From Octopus vulgaris (taxonomy: Eukaryota), in the NCBI GenBank assembly GCA_951406725.2, contig OX597827.1, forward strand, positions 16,616,001-16,680,000: a DNA stretch of 64,000 bases. The letters run 5' to 3'. The notes beneath the pieces were generated by a model. The model was given only the letters and a program-made list of their open reading frames with translations. It was not told the DNA's origin and did not search any database. How positions within the stretch are numbered: the stretch's first letter is position 1; every line of letters begins with the position of its first letter. A program made the position numbers and the translations under genes. Below, one piece after another: positions 12,814 to 25,363 of this stretch.

Positions 12814-13816
12814 TATATGCATTAAGTACGACACGTAGCAACTTTAGACAATATATTAAATTACCTCGATCTAATGCAAGTTTAATTTAAATATTCATTA
12901 AACAAGTTTATACATACACAGTGAGTGTTTATACTGAAGTAAAACTTATCAATTCATTCTCATTAAATTTTAAATATAAACTTACAAGATATAATAATTT
13001 CAGCACTTACACACCACATCTCCACCAACTGTAACAAAAATATAAAGCCCTACAAAAGCTGGTCAATTTATAATTAATATATTCCAGCAGAAGAAAACGA
13101 CTTGTCTGTATATTCATGCTAACATTACAAAACATACAGATACGTTTAGTTAAATTGAAGAAAACATTAGCCATTAAAATGACCGCGTTTGAGCTATTAT
13201 TTTATATTGATTTCTGGTACAAAGGAAGGAAGAGGGGAAATGTTGTAGGATGATGTTATATTCATCAGAGAGAGTAGCGTTATGAGAATCAGCATCTCAT
13301 TTCAATGATTTAAAAGCTAAATTTGTATTTTTAAAAAGCTTTTACGGTTTTAAACTTAGTTACCGTTCATACAATGTATTTGAAAGCATTTTTAGAAATA
13401 CGATAACGTTCAACTGAATGGGATGAAACTCAAAATTGCAAGTAAACGACTCTCCAAGGTTGTATAGTTAAGTATCACCCTAAATGAATATTTATACAAC
13501 CGCAATATTATCTCTAGGTTTAGACGGAGTAAAACATTTAATATTTAAAGAAGACTAATAAATTCAGTCTCGTTAAATTAAGAAGTTTAAAATTTATATA
13601 TCAGATAGAACTTTGTTTTACGCTTTCAGATGCCATCCGAGTCGATTATTATGACATAACACTGCTGTTTTCAAAACACAAATACTCCGTTGTCCCTCAC
13701 TAGATGGCGTTTTCCTATTGTGATACATACTTCTGTACTACGCAAACACATATACGTAAATGCATATATATGTATATATGTATATGTATAAAAGTGTATA
13801 TATATATGCATGCATG

Positions 13817-13857
<41 letters not shown>

Positions 13858-13860
<3 letters not shown>

Positions 13861-14025
13861 CGCAGGAGTGGCTGTGTGGTAAGTAGCTTGCTTACCAACC
13901 ACATGGTTCTGGGTTCAGTCCCACTGCATGGCACCTTGGGAAAGTGTCTTCTACTATAGCCGGGCCGACCAAAGCCTTGTGAGTGGATTTGGTAGACGGA
14001 AACTGAAAGAAACCTGTCGTATATA

Positions 14026-14121
<96 letters not shown>

Positions 14122-14326
14122 TGTCTGTGTTTGTCCCCCAAACATCACTTGATAACCGATGCTGGTGTGTTTACCTCCCCGTCACTTTGCGGTTCGGCAA
14201 AAAGAGACCGATAGAATAAGTACTGGGCTTACAAAGAATAAGTCCCGGGGTCGAGTTGCTCGATTAAAGGCGGTGCTCCAGCATGGCCGCAGTCAAATGA
14301 CTGAAACAAGTAAAAGAGTAAAAGAG
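13858..14326 (+). mobile_element. SINE family 1
   Basis: Same head and tail. Confidence 0.85.
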
Positions 14327-14756
14327 TATATATATATACATATGTATGCCTATATATATGTGTGTGTGCATATATGTATATATATATATATATGTGCACA
14401 TATATATATATATATGCACAGCACATATATACATAAAACACTTCCTGTATTCAAGAGGGTCAAGTACTTAAACAATGAAAGCGCCAAAGTCATGTCGGTG
14501 ATAGCGCTACCACTTTATATCACTTTACATAACGTGTACAAACAATATATAAAGACAAATACGTACATCTAAAGTAAACACGGATTTGCTCTCCACTTAT
14601 GCATATATTCACAAATGGCTGACTTAATACGCAACACGTTATCAAGGCCACGCATGGGTACACTCACTGCACTTGTTGCACCGACGTCTAGTAGGCTCTA
14701 GATCCAAACGAATTGCAGGTTACGTGTTAGATGAAGAATGAACAAAATAAATGGAT

Positions 14757-14830
<74 letters not shown>

Positions 14831-14848
14831 AAATATATATATATGCAT

Positions 14849-15575
14849 AGGTGAAGGGGTGGGTGTGTGGTAAGAAGTTTGTTTCTAACCACATGGTTCT
14901 AGGTTCACTACCGCTATGGGTTCACTACAAGTTGGGCGAGTGTCTACTATAGCCACGAGCTGATCAAATCCTTGAGTGATAAAAGGCCGTCGTATATACA
15001 CACCTATATATATGTATAAAGGCGGCGAACTGGCAGAACCGTTAGCACGTCGGGCGAAATGCGTAGCCGTATTTCGTCTGCTGTCACGTGTTCTGGGTTC
15101 AAATTCCGCCGAGGTAGACTTTGCCTTTCATCCTTTCGGGGTCGATAAATTAAGTACCAGTTAGGCACTGGGGTCGATGTAATCGACTTAATCCCTTTGA
15201 CTGTCCTTGCTTGTCCCTTCTATGTTTAGCCCCTTGTGGGTAGTAAAGAAATATATATATATGTATATACATATATGTATGCGTGTGTATATGTGTGTAT
15301 ATGTTTATGTGTGTGTGTGTGTGTGTGTTTGCGTGTGTGCGTAAGTCTTCGTGTCTCTGTTTGTTCTCCCAGACTGCTTGAAAACCGGTGCTGGTGTGTT
15401 TGCTTAGCGGGTCGGCAAAAGCCCCGATAGGATAAGTACCAAGCTAAAAAGAAAAAAAAACCCAAAAAAACAGAAAAAAAGCACTGGAATCGATTCATTC
15501 AAGTAAAATTTCTTCAAGACGGTGCCCCAGTCTGGGGGCAATCTAATGACTGAAGCAAGTAAAAGATAAAAGATG
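14849..15575 (+). mobile_element. Old SINE family 1 copy with a family 2 SINE (15021-15252) nested in its microsatellite
   Basis: Degenerate head at 14849-14990 and tail at 15350-15575 surround an intact ggcggcgaactggcag.. copy. Confidence 0.7.
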
Positions 15576-16462
15576 TATGTATAAGCAGAATAACAATACA
15601 GGAGGATCAGTCAGGTGATCGTGGTAAATGCTGATTGTTAGTCCCTAGCATAAAACATAGCTTGCATAGAAAAATACAAATAAGTCGATAATTGATCACT
15701 AAAATTTATTAATCGATGCATTAATTACATTTCGTCTCATGTCGAGATTTGACAGAAAATTCCGATATGAAGAAAGGAGCTTTACAACTCCATTTTGGAA
15801 GCAATAAATGTGGTTTATAATGGAATCATCGCATCTGTAAACAGGAGAATTGGAGCAGGTAACCGAGTACTACAACGGTTTCAAAAGCACCATCGGGTGT
15901 TTTTTACGCAACATTACGAATACTTCATAGCCGTATAATGTACTTTTGTTGTCAAGGACATACTTTTCAGTTGAAAGTAGTCCGCCATAATGGAGAAAGC
16001 AAAAGAAAAGAAGGCTGGTAGAAAGAATAAGAAAGATGGGCTTGGAAAGTGGAATCGGTATAGAACCAATGGCGTGCTCTACTCACGAATTACTTAATGC
16101 ACATGTGGTGTCAATTATGGGAATTCACATGTGGTGTCAGTTATGGTATAGCTAGATACGGATACACAGAAACACACACACACACGCGTACACACACACA
16201 CTTTCTTTTATCAGAGCTATGTTAATCTGCGTTTTAAGAGATTAAAAAATATATAATTAATAATCCCAGTCCACCACTCTCTGTCTCTGCTTCATTTCAA
16301 ATAATTTTCATCCTATAAATATTATACTGTGTACGTGGTACAGTATGATATGTATTAAGATTTTGAAGTGGATTAATAAATACCAAAAACAGCCGGCTTT
16401 AGAAATATATTAATTCGAATCTGCGAATTTGTATGTGAGTTTGTGTGTGTGTATTTGAGTGA

Positions 16463-16505
<43 letters not shown>

Positions 16506-16980
16506 AGATAGAGGAAGAGAGAGAGAGAGTGTGAATGTGCGTTGACGGGCATAAAAGAATAACAATAAAAATATATATATCGTTTAGGCTCGTTTACTGG
16601 GAAATGTTTTGAAAATGCGAATAAATATTCCTATTCTATTGTGTCAGCTGCAGCCTAATGATGCCAACTGGCAATACCAGATTCTTGGCGTTGCAGCGAG
16701 CTGTGCCAATATAATGCAAGATAATTATAGTAATAATAATAATAATCCTTGGATGGAATTTACAAATTCATGATCTTAAGAAACATGCGTTTTGTGGAAA
16801 CGCACTTAGTGATGCATTAAAATATTTCTAAATCCCATCCAACGATTATTATTATTACTGTGCATACATACATATGTACATATACATATGCATAAATAAT
16901 ACACACACACACATACACACACACGCACGCACGCACACACACAATCATACACGTACATGTATGTCACCATGATAGATCGT

Positions 16981-17163
16981 TAGCCACTACACACATTTTT
17001 TCTCTCCTTGTTTCTCTCCTTGTTTTTTCTGTGTCACTTTCTGTAGAAGAGCATAGGCTCGAAAGGTAAAAGACTTTTTCCATTCCTGAGCGTTATACTA
17101 ATACATCTGTTTGTTTTGTACACCACCTGTCTTCGTCTTTTGTTTTCTTCGTAAACTCTCCCT
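16981..17163 (+). mobile_element. Short HHR-motif repeat, family A
   Basis: Near-identical to 7921-8103. Core at 17041: ctgtagaagagcataggctcgaaaggtaaaag. Confidence 0.75.
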
Positions 17164-17247
17164 ATATACATGTATAAATAGACAGATAGATATATATAAC
17201 ATTAAATAGGTGGCTTATTGGCAATTTGAATCCAAAGGAAAAATTAA

Positions 17248-17563
17248 TAGAGGTAACAAAAGTGACAGTACTAACTAGCATCACTGTTATTAGAAATATG
17301 TGTGAAAACAACTTAAAAGTCCACAAAGCACCATCTTAGTTGCTGACAAGGGGAGGTAAGCCCCCAGCATATATAGTCGCTGATGAGGATTGAGGTGGTC
17401 TACATTAAAATCCGAAATCGTCGATCCGACTATATAAGCTGGGGGCTTACCTCCACTTGTCAGTCACTAAGATAGTGCTTTGTGGCTTTTTGAGTTGCTT
17501 TTACTCTTATTGTCTTGCAATAGTGGTGCTAGTCAGTGCCCTCTGTAATTTTTGTGACCTCTA
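17248..17563 (+). mobile_element. Fold-back element: ~130-bp imperfect inverted arms with a hammerhead ribozyme at the apex
   Basis: Left arm (tagaggtaacaaaa..ccacaaagcaccatcttagttgctgacaaggggaggtaagcccccagcatatatagtcg) is the imperfect reverse complement of the right arm (cgactatataagctgggggcttacctccacttgtcagtcactaagatagtgctttgtgg..tttttgtgacctcta). Confidence 0.85.
17370..17436 (+). ncRNA. Type I hammerhead ribozyme with intact core
   Basis: Helix I tatatagtcg/cgactatata. CTGATGA 17380-17386. Helix II ggatt/aatcc. GAAA 17414-17417. Short helix III ATC-gtc-GAT. AUC triplet with predicted cleavage after 17426. Confidence 0.85.
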
Positions 17564-17581
17564 CATGTGACCTCGTGAGCA

Positions 17582-17770
17582 CCGCCAGCAATTTTTACCT
17601 CTCTCTTCCTTTCTCGGGATCTTTCCTTCTCCTTTGTTTCCGACGAAGACCTCCGCTCGAAACGTTAAACCCTCCTTCTTCCCTTCTTTCCTGAGCGTTC
17701 AATAATACTTTATTTGTTCCACGTCCTCGCGTTGCTGTGTTTTTTTTGTGTTTTCTTGTTTGGATTAACT
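17582..17770 (+). mobile_element. Short HHR-motif repeat, family B
   Basis: gttt-CCGACGA-A-GACCtccGCTC-GAAA-CG-TT-aaac at about 17636-17670, then a ttcctgagcg tail ending in (TA)n. Related copies at about 5955-6126 and 57900-58006. Confidence 0.65.
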
Positions 17771-17808
17771 ATATATATATATACTTACATATATATATAT
17801 ATATATAT

Positions 17809-18126
17809 ATACACATAAATATGAGAGAGAATCCACTATGTGGACGCCCTTACGCTAAAAAGAGATCCGCACGAGTCTCAACCACTAAGAATTGTTCTCA
17901 GGGAAAATTTAGCACACCTTGAACGTAAGCGAGCTGGACAAATGAAAAATAACAAAAATACAGATTAACCCCATACAATTGTTTCACTGTTAATAAACTA
18001 TGCAATTCTACTTATACAATTCATCTGCAGTTTTCTTGAGACCAATTCTTAGTAGTTGAGACTCATGCGGATCTCTTTTTAGCGTAAAGGCGTCCGCATA
18101 GTGGATTCTCTCTCATATTTGTGTAT
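17809..18126 (-). mobile_element. Fold-back element with ~95-bp inverted arms and a hammerhead-like motif in the spacer
   Basis: Arms about 17809-17906 and 18031-18126 (aatatgagagagaatccactatg.. / ..catagtggattctctctcatatt). Adjacent to a (TA)n tract on the left. Confidence 0.8.
17974..18027 (-). ncRNA. Hammerhead-like motif (U4A core variant)
   Basis: Minus strand: CAGATGA-attgt..acagt-GAAA-caattg-TA. Palindromic helix III ACAATTGT. Local helix I is weak. Confidence 0.6.
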
Positions 18127-18210
18127 TAATAATATTTACTGAATCTCAGTTTTTTATGCGCTAAACCACTGGTGATATTAAATTAATATCCAATTTTTTC
18201 ACCCTCATTT

Positions 18211-18263
<53 letters not shown>

Positions 18264-18942
18264 TTACATACATGTCTGCCTATGTGTATCAGGTTGATCT
18301 GAATACTGCGACTTTGAAACAAATCAAATTTTGTAAAGGTAAATACACATACACACACACGCGCGCACACACACACATCAAAATGTGTAGATTTGAATAT
18401 ATATTTTGGTAGATGTCATCTATTTAGAGTAAACCACTGAACCATGATTGTCTAAACCATTGAACCATAATTAAATGGTACGAATCAATTATTATTGAAT
18501 CTAATCAATATTTTACCGTTACATATAGTGCAATAATTGCATTGTCCCGAAAGTGTTTGCCATAACTGAAACATACAACCATTATGACAGCAAAGGTGAA
18601 ATGCTATACATTATATCATATGGCTATATATTTCATATTAAGGTTAGAAGATCCTTGTTTAGTATAGATCATAGAGCGTTTTCAATATTGCAATTTGAGT
18701 TTCAAGTAAATGCTTATGATGAGGCATAAGAAGTATAACGTTAACAAGTACAGTACGGGACCAATTAATTATCCGGCAAGTACGGGACCAATTAATTATC
18801 CGGCAAGTTTGGGACCGGTTTTATACCGAATTTCTGCATCTTTCAGTTTTCTGGTGAGAGTCGCCATTTTTTAGGAGGGGTAGCCACAACAAGACACGCA
18901 TGTATGAATTAGTCCGTATTAACGATCCAATAAGCAATGGTA

Positions 18943-19163
18943 CCCTTTCGTTACCAACCCGGCTGAAACTGGCTCTGGCTCTCTAGTACAAATGTCTTGT
19001 TTTCATAAGTCCTGAATTAAAATCTTGAACCAAACATTAGTCACAATTTATGTTCCTAGCTCCAGCTTAATGATAACTAAGTTATTTTACTAAATTCTTT
19101 GTTATATTTAAAGTAATTGAAAGAAACACAGAGTATCTCAAAATAAATACAGTAACGAAAGGG
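18943..19163. mobile_element. piggyBac-like MITE
   Basis: Termini ccctttcgttac / gtaacgaaaggg followed by TTAA. A further terminus copy at 19168-19183 makes a palindromic junction. Confidence 0.65.
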
Positions 19164-19624
19164 TTAACCCTTTCGTTACTGTAAGAGTACTTTTGTTTTA
19201 GCCGATGCTAGGGGTGCAACAGTGCATATACAAACCAAATGTAAACAAATACTTAAGCAATAAACATCGCAGCGAGCTCTGTTTAGGGCACTCCTCAGTG
19301 AATGTGCACCGACCTGACATCTGTCTTTAGAGACACTGAGTACGTAGCAACGGCAAGTAGTGTCTTTACTAAACCAGTGAACCCAATTTGCATAAATTGA
19401 GTATTCTCTTAGCTTGTTCAAATAATCAATGACGGATACGCCAAGGAGCATGTTTTTGATACCATAGTTGTACTGTAGAATAATTCTAGAATGGTCGTAA
19501 AAGTGTTAGCTGATCCAACATATGTAAATGGATAAAGAATTGCAAAAATAAATAAATGGATAAATAAAAATAGACGTAAAAAGAGGACTAGGCTCAGCAA
19601 TCCCTTTCGGTCCTATTCTGGGCA

Positions 19625-19625
<1 letters not shown>

Positions 19626-19699
<74 letters not shown>

Positions 19700-19753
19700 G
19701 TATGTATGTATGTATGTATGTATGTATGTATGTATGTATCTATCTATCTATCA

Positions 19754-19851
<98 letters not shown>

Positions 19852-19912
19852 GTATTTATGTATGTATGTATGTATGTATGTATCTATCTATCTATCAATC
19901 TATCTATCTATC
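19626..19912. repeat. (ATCT)n/(ATGT)n compound microsatellite, representative of dozens of TA, CA, ATAC and ATCT tracts
   Basis: Directly visible. Confidence 0.95.
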
Positions 19913-20273
19913 TGCTTGTTTGTCAGTCAGGAAGACTATCTCTGTCTCTCTGTCTCTGTCTCTCTCTGTCTCTTTCTTTCTCTATCTCTCTACACACACA
20001 CATATATGTGTTAGTGGTCGTGTTATAAATTATGTTTATATTTGTTCAATATGTATATGTGCGTATGTGTATGTGTATGAAGATCTGAGTGTAGACCGGG
20101 TAGTTAGTGCAAACATCGAGTCGTATAAGTTATGATAATGAAGTCGAACCACTTAGTGATAGCTTGAAATAATTTAATATGTACGTTTCAGGTTGGCGTG
20201 ATATATAATAAATGCATCTATTACGTAATACCTTCGTCAGTTAAAATGTTTTATATATGTTTCATATATTTTA

Positions 20274-20327
<54 letters not shown>

Positions 20328-20499
20328 ATATATATACATTTGAAATCTGATGAGTACATTATGTATGAAAGTGGTAATTTTGTTAAAATATAATAAAAAA
20401 CGTTAAAATCAGATTATACTTAAACTGTATTCGACTGATATAGTATTCTATACGCTTTCACACAAATTCGAAACAAAATTCACACTCACACACACACAC

Positions 20500-20542
<43 letters not shown>

Positions 20543-20692
20543 TAATTATAAAGACTTTTCTTTGGTACATATATATATATATATATAAGTGTGTGTGTGT
20601 GTGTATAGCAGACAAATATATATAAAGCAATTTATAACATTCGCTTAATTGTTGCTTACTTCTTAATTGCATCGTAATTTGTATTTGTCTTA

Positions 20693-20729
20693 TACTAATT
20701 TTTGCTATTTTATCTCTTTTCAATTGCAG
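20693..20729 (+). promoter_or_regulatory. Candidate 3' splice site (branch point, polypyrimidine tract, CAG) of a non-coding exon upstream of the GPCR
   Basis: TACTAAT at 20693-20699, then ttttgctattttatctcttttcaattgCAG ending at 20729. All three downstream frames hit early stops, consistent with a 5' UTR exon. Confidence 0.5.
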
Positions 20730-21146
20730 ATGATGACTTGAAAGTACGATCGCCCGGTTGAATCGCTCGTTATCGTGCACCATGTAGTCCCTTGTGTAAG
20801 GCGCATCGATAAACTACGTATTGGGAAATATGCTCAAAAATATAACCCAACCAAACATCAAATATAGCAGGAAACATAAGAATTAGATGAAGTAGAAGTA
20901 AAAAAAAAAAAAATTCAAACAACATAAAAAAAAATACAACCTAATATACCTAATATTTCGATTTGTCAAGTTAAAAAAAAATAACGCCACCAAAAAGACC
21001 AGCAACAACAGTAAATAAAACAAATATAATGAATAAAATATACAACAAAGCAACACCAAAAATATCTCGGAGTCCTTAGGAACATTCGATTGCATGTAAT
21101 TTTGCACGGTCAGCATCATCATCATAATCTTCATCATCATCATTAA

Positions 21147-21182
<36 letters not shown>

Positions 21183-22875
21183 TCATCTATTATCATTATT
21201 GTCTGCGTCATCTATAAAGCCATGAAGTAAAAATCGTTACGTTGCGAAATTGGACGGTCATCAGCTCCAGTAACTAGTGTCACACCTCCGCCTCTCTGCG
21301 TGACCATCAGCTCCAGCACAATCTCCACCAGTGTCAAAGCAGAAGCAACAAAAATATCAACTAGAAGAAACAGAAATTCTAATAAAATACAAAAAAAAAA
21401 TTACTCCTCTTCTACTCACCTCCATTCCCAATGCAAAATATAACAAGGAAAATAAAACAAAAAACAAAAAACTGTATTAGCTCTTGGCTCCTCCTGAGCT
21501 CCGCCCACCACAAAAACAAAAAGTAAAACGTAAAATAAAATTTCGAAAGCAAAATGTAAAAATAATACTTAAGAAAATTAATTTGAAATAATAATTAAAT
21601 ATCTCGCCATATTTCACCACCCCTTCGTTATAAAGGAAAAAAAGTAACTAAAAACGATATAATCAAAGTTTAATTTTTTTCTCTACTCTTTCCCCTCTTT
21701 TTGCTCTCATAGCTCCTCCTTCTTTTCCTTCTCTTCTTCCTTACACTATAGAAGAAAAAAACAAAAAAAAAAAACGAAGATAGCAAAATAGTCTAATTTA
21801 TCCTGACGCCCGACAGTCAATGAACAATATAAAGCCGTGCCAGTCCATTATGGCGACATATCTTGGCCTGTCACAGAGAATATATGTCACAGCGGAAGCA
21901 GTGAACTGTAAAACAGAAGCAACTGTCCAAGAAAGAAGACGTAATATTATCGAACAATTAATAGGATCCACCATTTATGACTTGTACATAAGGAAAGAGA
22001 TTATGCGGAACATTAAACGAGAAATTAGCAGACGATCTTTTAAAGTGTCCTTTTCTGCAACGCAATTCTTTTGACAAACACGCCGTGTTAATATTCTTAA
22101 CATTGTTATCATTATTATTAATTAGTGTTTTGATATTCTTGTTGTCAATATTATTATTATTATTATTTATGGCAATTTGAAAAAGAAATAATAACAATTT
22201 CTAGTTGATTGGCAATTATAGCAAAACTGTGAGAAACACGGGAAAAAGAAAAGAAGAAATTATTGGAGGAGGTGTAGGAAAATTTATGAAGAGAAACAGG
22301 AAGAGAGGAAATCAGAAAGATAAGTAGATAGATAGATAGATAGATAAATAGATGTTTAGATAAATGAATGGATAGACAGATGGATAAATAGATATATCGA
22401 TTGTCAGATTAATAAAGCGACCACAAATACCAATAGAAGTAATAGCTACAATAACAACAGTATTAACGGCGATAACAACAACAACAACAACAACAACAGT
22501 AATAATAAAGACAATAATAAAGTAGTGATAAGAGCAACAACGACAGCTAAAACAACATTAACGAATAAGGCTGTCAACCTCCACTACCTCATTAGTTTCT
22601 TTTCTTGTTCTTCTTCATTAATAGCACAAGTAACAGTACTATTACCATCTTTATAACCAGCATCATCATTCTCATCATCATCAACATCAAAGTCACCCTC
22701 AATATCGTCAGTGTCATCGTCATTATCAACAACAAAAGCAACAACCGAAACAACGATAACAAACAAACGCATCGTTATTATCTTCATGATGATGATGATG
22801 ATGATGAATAAATGAAGAAAAACAAAGGAAAACAACTTTAACAGAAATACAATACAGAAGAGATTAAAATCTATA

Positions 22876-22925
<50 letters not shown>

Positions 22926-23111
22926 GAATATCATGTAAATAAAAGGACACAGAAAGAAGATATAAAACGTAAAACTACGGAAAAACAAACTACGAGCATA
23001 GACGAAAGAAGGAGAAAAATAAACCGAAGAATAAAATATATTGTAAAACAATTGAAAACCACGACTATCGCATCATTATAAGTCATCATCGTCAGCAGCA
23101 GCAGCGGCAGC

Positions 23112-23167
<56 letters not shown>

Positions 23168-24240
23168 CTACAGCAACAACAACAACAGCAACAACCACAG
23201 GAAAGCAACATCGAAAGCTAAAAAGAAATCCTAAGTGCAATATGCAAGGATATTATCAATAATAATATCATAAGAAGTTTGATCTTTATGACCCGATTGA
23301 TTTAAAAAATGAAAACTGAAAATATCTGTTCGAAAGTGAAAGTAAGTGATCCAAAGTAATAATAACCTCAACATCGTCATCAGCAGCACAACAGCCATTA
23401 ATAACACTACACAATCTTCCATCATCTGTACCACTGTCCCCAGCAACACTATCACCAACATAACCATACATTTCTTCTTTATTACGTTTCCCTAAAATTA
23501 TTTGCTCCATTTATCTATTTATTTATTGAAATATTCCATAGAACTCACTTTTCTATTTCTTCTGCGTGCCAGTGTTTAGGAATTTTTTTTTAATCTCTCA
23601 CATCTTCTATCTCTCTCTTATGTTTTTATTTTTGTTTCTCTATCTCTCTATCAATCAAACACTCGACATTTAAACAAAACAATTTAATAATAATAATAAT
23701 CGTTTTATTTTTTTGAAAATATTTTCACTTTTGTTTTCTTCAAATAAGATAACTGAAAGATAGCTTAGTTTGCTTTGGTTTATTTGTTTAAAGAAACATA
23801 CGAGGAACCCGAGTCTCTCCCCTAATCCCCCTCTCTCTCTCACACACACGCACACTCATATCTTTATATGTATATGTATATGTACTTGTATATGTTGACT
23901 TTACAAGGAAATTATGCAAAGACATTTGGTCAAGTGAAACCAAGCTCTGATAATTGAACATTCTTCGTTATTAACAGAACGAAAGAGGAAAATATAAAAC
24001 GAAAAGAAATCACGAGAAACGCAGTGAAAAGAATCACCGAAAGAAAGGAGAGAGGGAGAGAAAGGTGAAAGAAGATAGAATTATTGAAATAATCATAAAA
24101 ATAATTATAATAACAATAACAAAAAAAGAAGCGGCAACAAGAGCTGCTTCTTTCTGTTTTCAAATAAAATTCTTCATGCAAATAACAGTCGTATTCCACT
24201 AATAAAACCGAGTTAATTTCGGAGTGAAAAGTGTAGCGTC

Positions 24241-25224
24241 ATGGAAACACCACTTCCGGATACAACAACGTTTCACAATGAATCTACTGTGGGAAAACAA
24301 ATATCACTATCTCTACAGATTACCTTTGGCATCACTTACGGGATTATAGCTATCATCACACTTGTGGGCAATTTATTGGTGCTCATCGCCGTTTTAAAAT
24401 TTCAACGTCTTCAAATTCCAACGAACTACTTTGTGTGCAGTCTTGCTTTCGCTGATGTGACAGTCGCCATTTTAGTGTTACCACTGTCTTTAATTTATGA
24501 CCTTACAGGTGGAGAATGGTGGTTCGGTTGGGTGTTTTGCTACTTTTGGCGGTCTTGTGACGTCATGTGTTGCACAGCATCTATTTTGCATTTATGTTGT
24601 ATTTCTCTAGACCGCTATTGGGCAATCACTAAGCCGTTTGCCTACACCATGAAAATGTCTAAAGGAAGAGTAGCTTGCATGATCATAACCGTCTGGTTTT
24701 GCAGCGTTTGCATATCGTTCATTCCGTTCTATTTAGGCTGGTTCACCGACGATCCAGACACACTATACACAGATACAGGCAAATGTGATTTAACAGTTAA
24801 TAAAATTTACGCTGTACTTTCTGCAATGACATCTTTTTATATTCCATTTATCGTCATGGTATTTTCATATGCAGCCATTTTAAGAATTGCGAAAATACAG
24901 GCAAACGCCATAAAAAAGAGCATCCCCAGACACAGTTATACCGGTGGTGGCGGGCAAGAAAAATACGAATCGGCGGCTAGTGATAGAAAAGCACTGAGGA
25001 CCCTCGGAATAATAATGGGGGTGTTTATTGTTTCTTGGTTACCGTTTTTTCTAATGTATATAATTATGCCCTTTTGTTCTGAGTGTGAAATATCTCCGAT
25101 GGCAATATCGGTTATTACATGGCTTGGTTATGGCAACAGTTGTATGAATCCTGTTATATATGCATTTATGAACAGGGACTTCCGTCTGGCTTTTAAGAAA
25201 CTTCTCACTTGTTCTGTTTCATGA
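24241..25224 (+). CDS. Intronless rhodopsin-family (class A) biogenic amine GPCR, probably octopamine/tyramine (phenolamine) receptor-like, 327 aa
   Basis: Seven hydrophobic segments with canonical motifs: TM1 GN (LVGNLLV), TM2 SLAFAD, TM3 amine-binding Asp (SCDVMCCTASILHLCCISLDRY), TM5 SAMTSFYIP (S5.42/S5.46), TM6 KALRTLGIIMGVFIVSWLPFFLMY, TM7 NSCMNPVIY, helix 8 DFRLAFKKLL. N-glycosylation site NES. Good start context gtcATGg with an in-frame upstream TAA at 24214-24216. Exact subtype needs phylogeny. Confidence 0.95.
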   Translation: METPLPDTTTFHNESTVGKQISLSLQITFGITYGIIAIITLVGNLLVLIAVLKFQRLQIPTNYFVCSLAFADVTVAILVLPLSLIYDLTGGEWWFGWVFCYFWRSCDVMCCTASILHLCCISLDRYWAITKPFAYTMKMSKGRVACMIITVWFCSVCISFIPFYLGWFTDDPDTLYTDTGKCDLTVNKIYAVLSAMTSFYIPFIVMVFSYAAILRIAKIQANAIKKSIPRHSYTGGGGQEKYESAASDRKALRTLGIIMGVFIVSWLPFFLMYIIMPFCSECEISPMAISVITWLGYGNSCMNPVIYAFMNRDFRLAFKKLLTCSVS

Positions 25225-25363
25225 ATTTTCATTTTATATATTTAATTAATTTGATTGACTCAATAATTATTGTACATTTTTATTTAGTAAAAAAAAAAAT
25301 ATTTCAGAAATATTAAATTTCTAAATATCTCAGAGAGATATGTGCGGTGGTGGAGCGATAGAG

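Noticed and set aside
18752-18806. Short tandem duplications (27 bp here; ~42 bp at about 37578-37662; ~20 bp at about 40250-40290)
   Set aside because: Ordinary slippage duplications with no sign of function.
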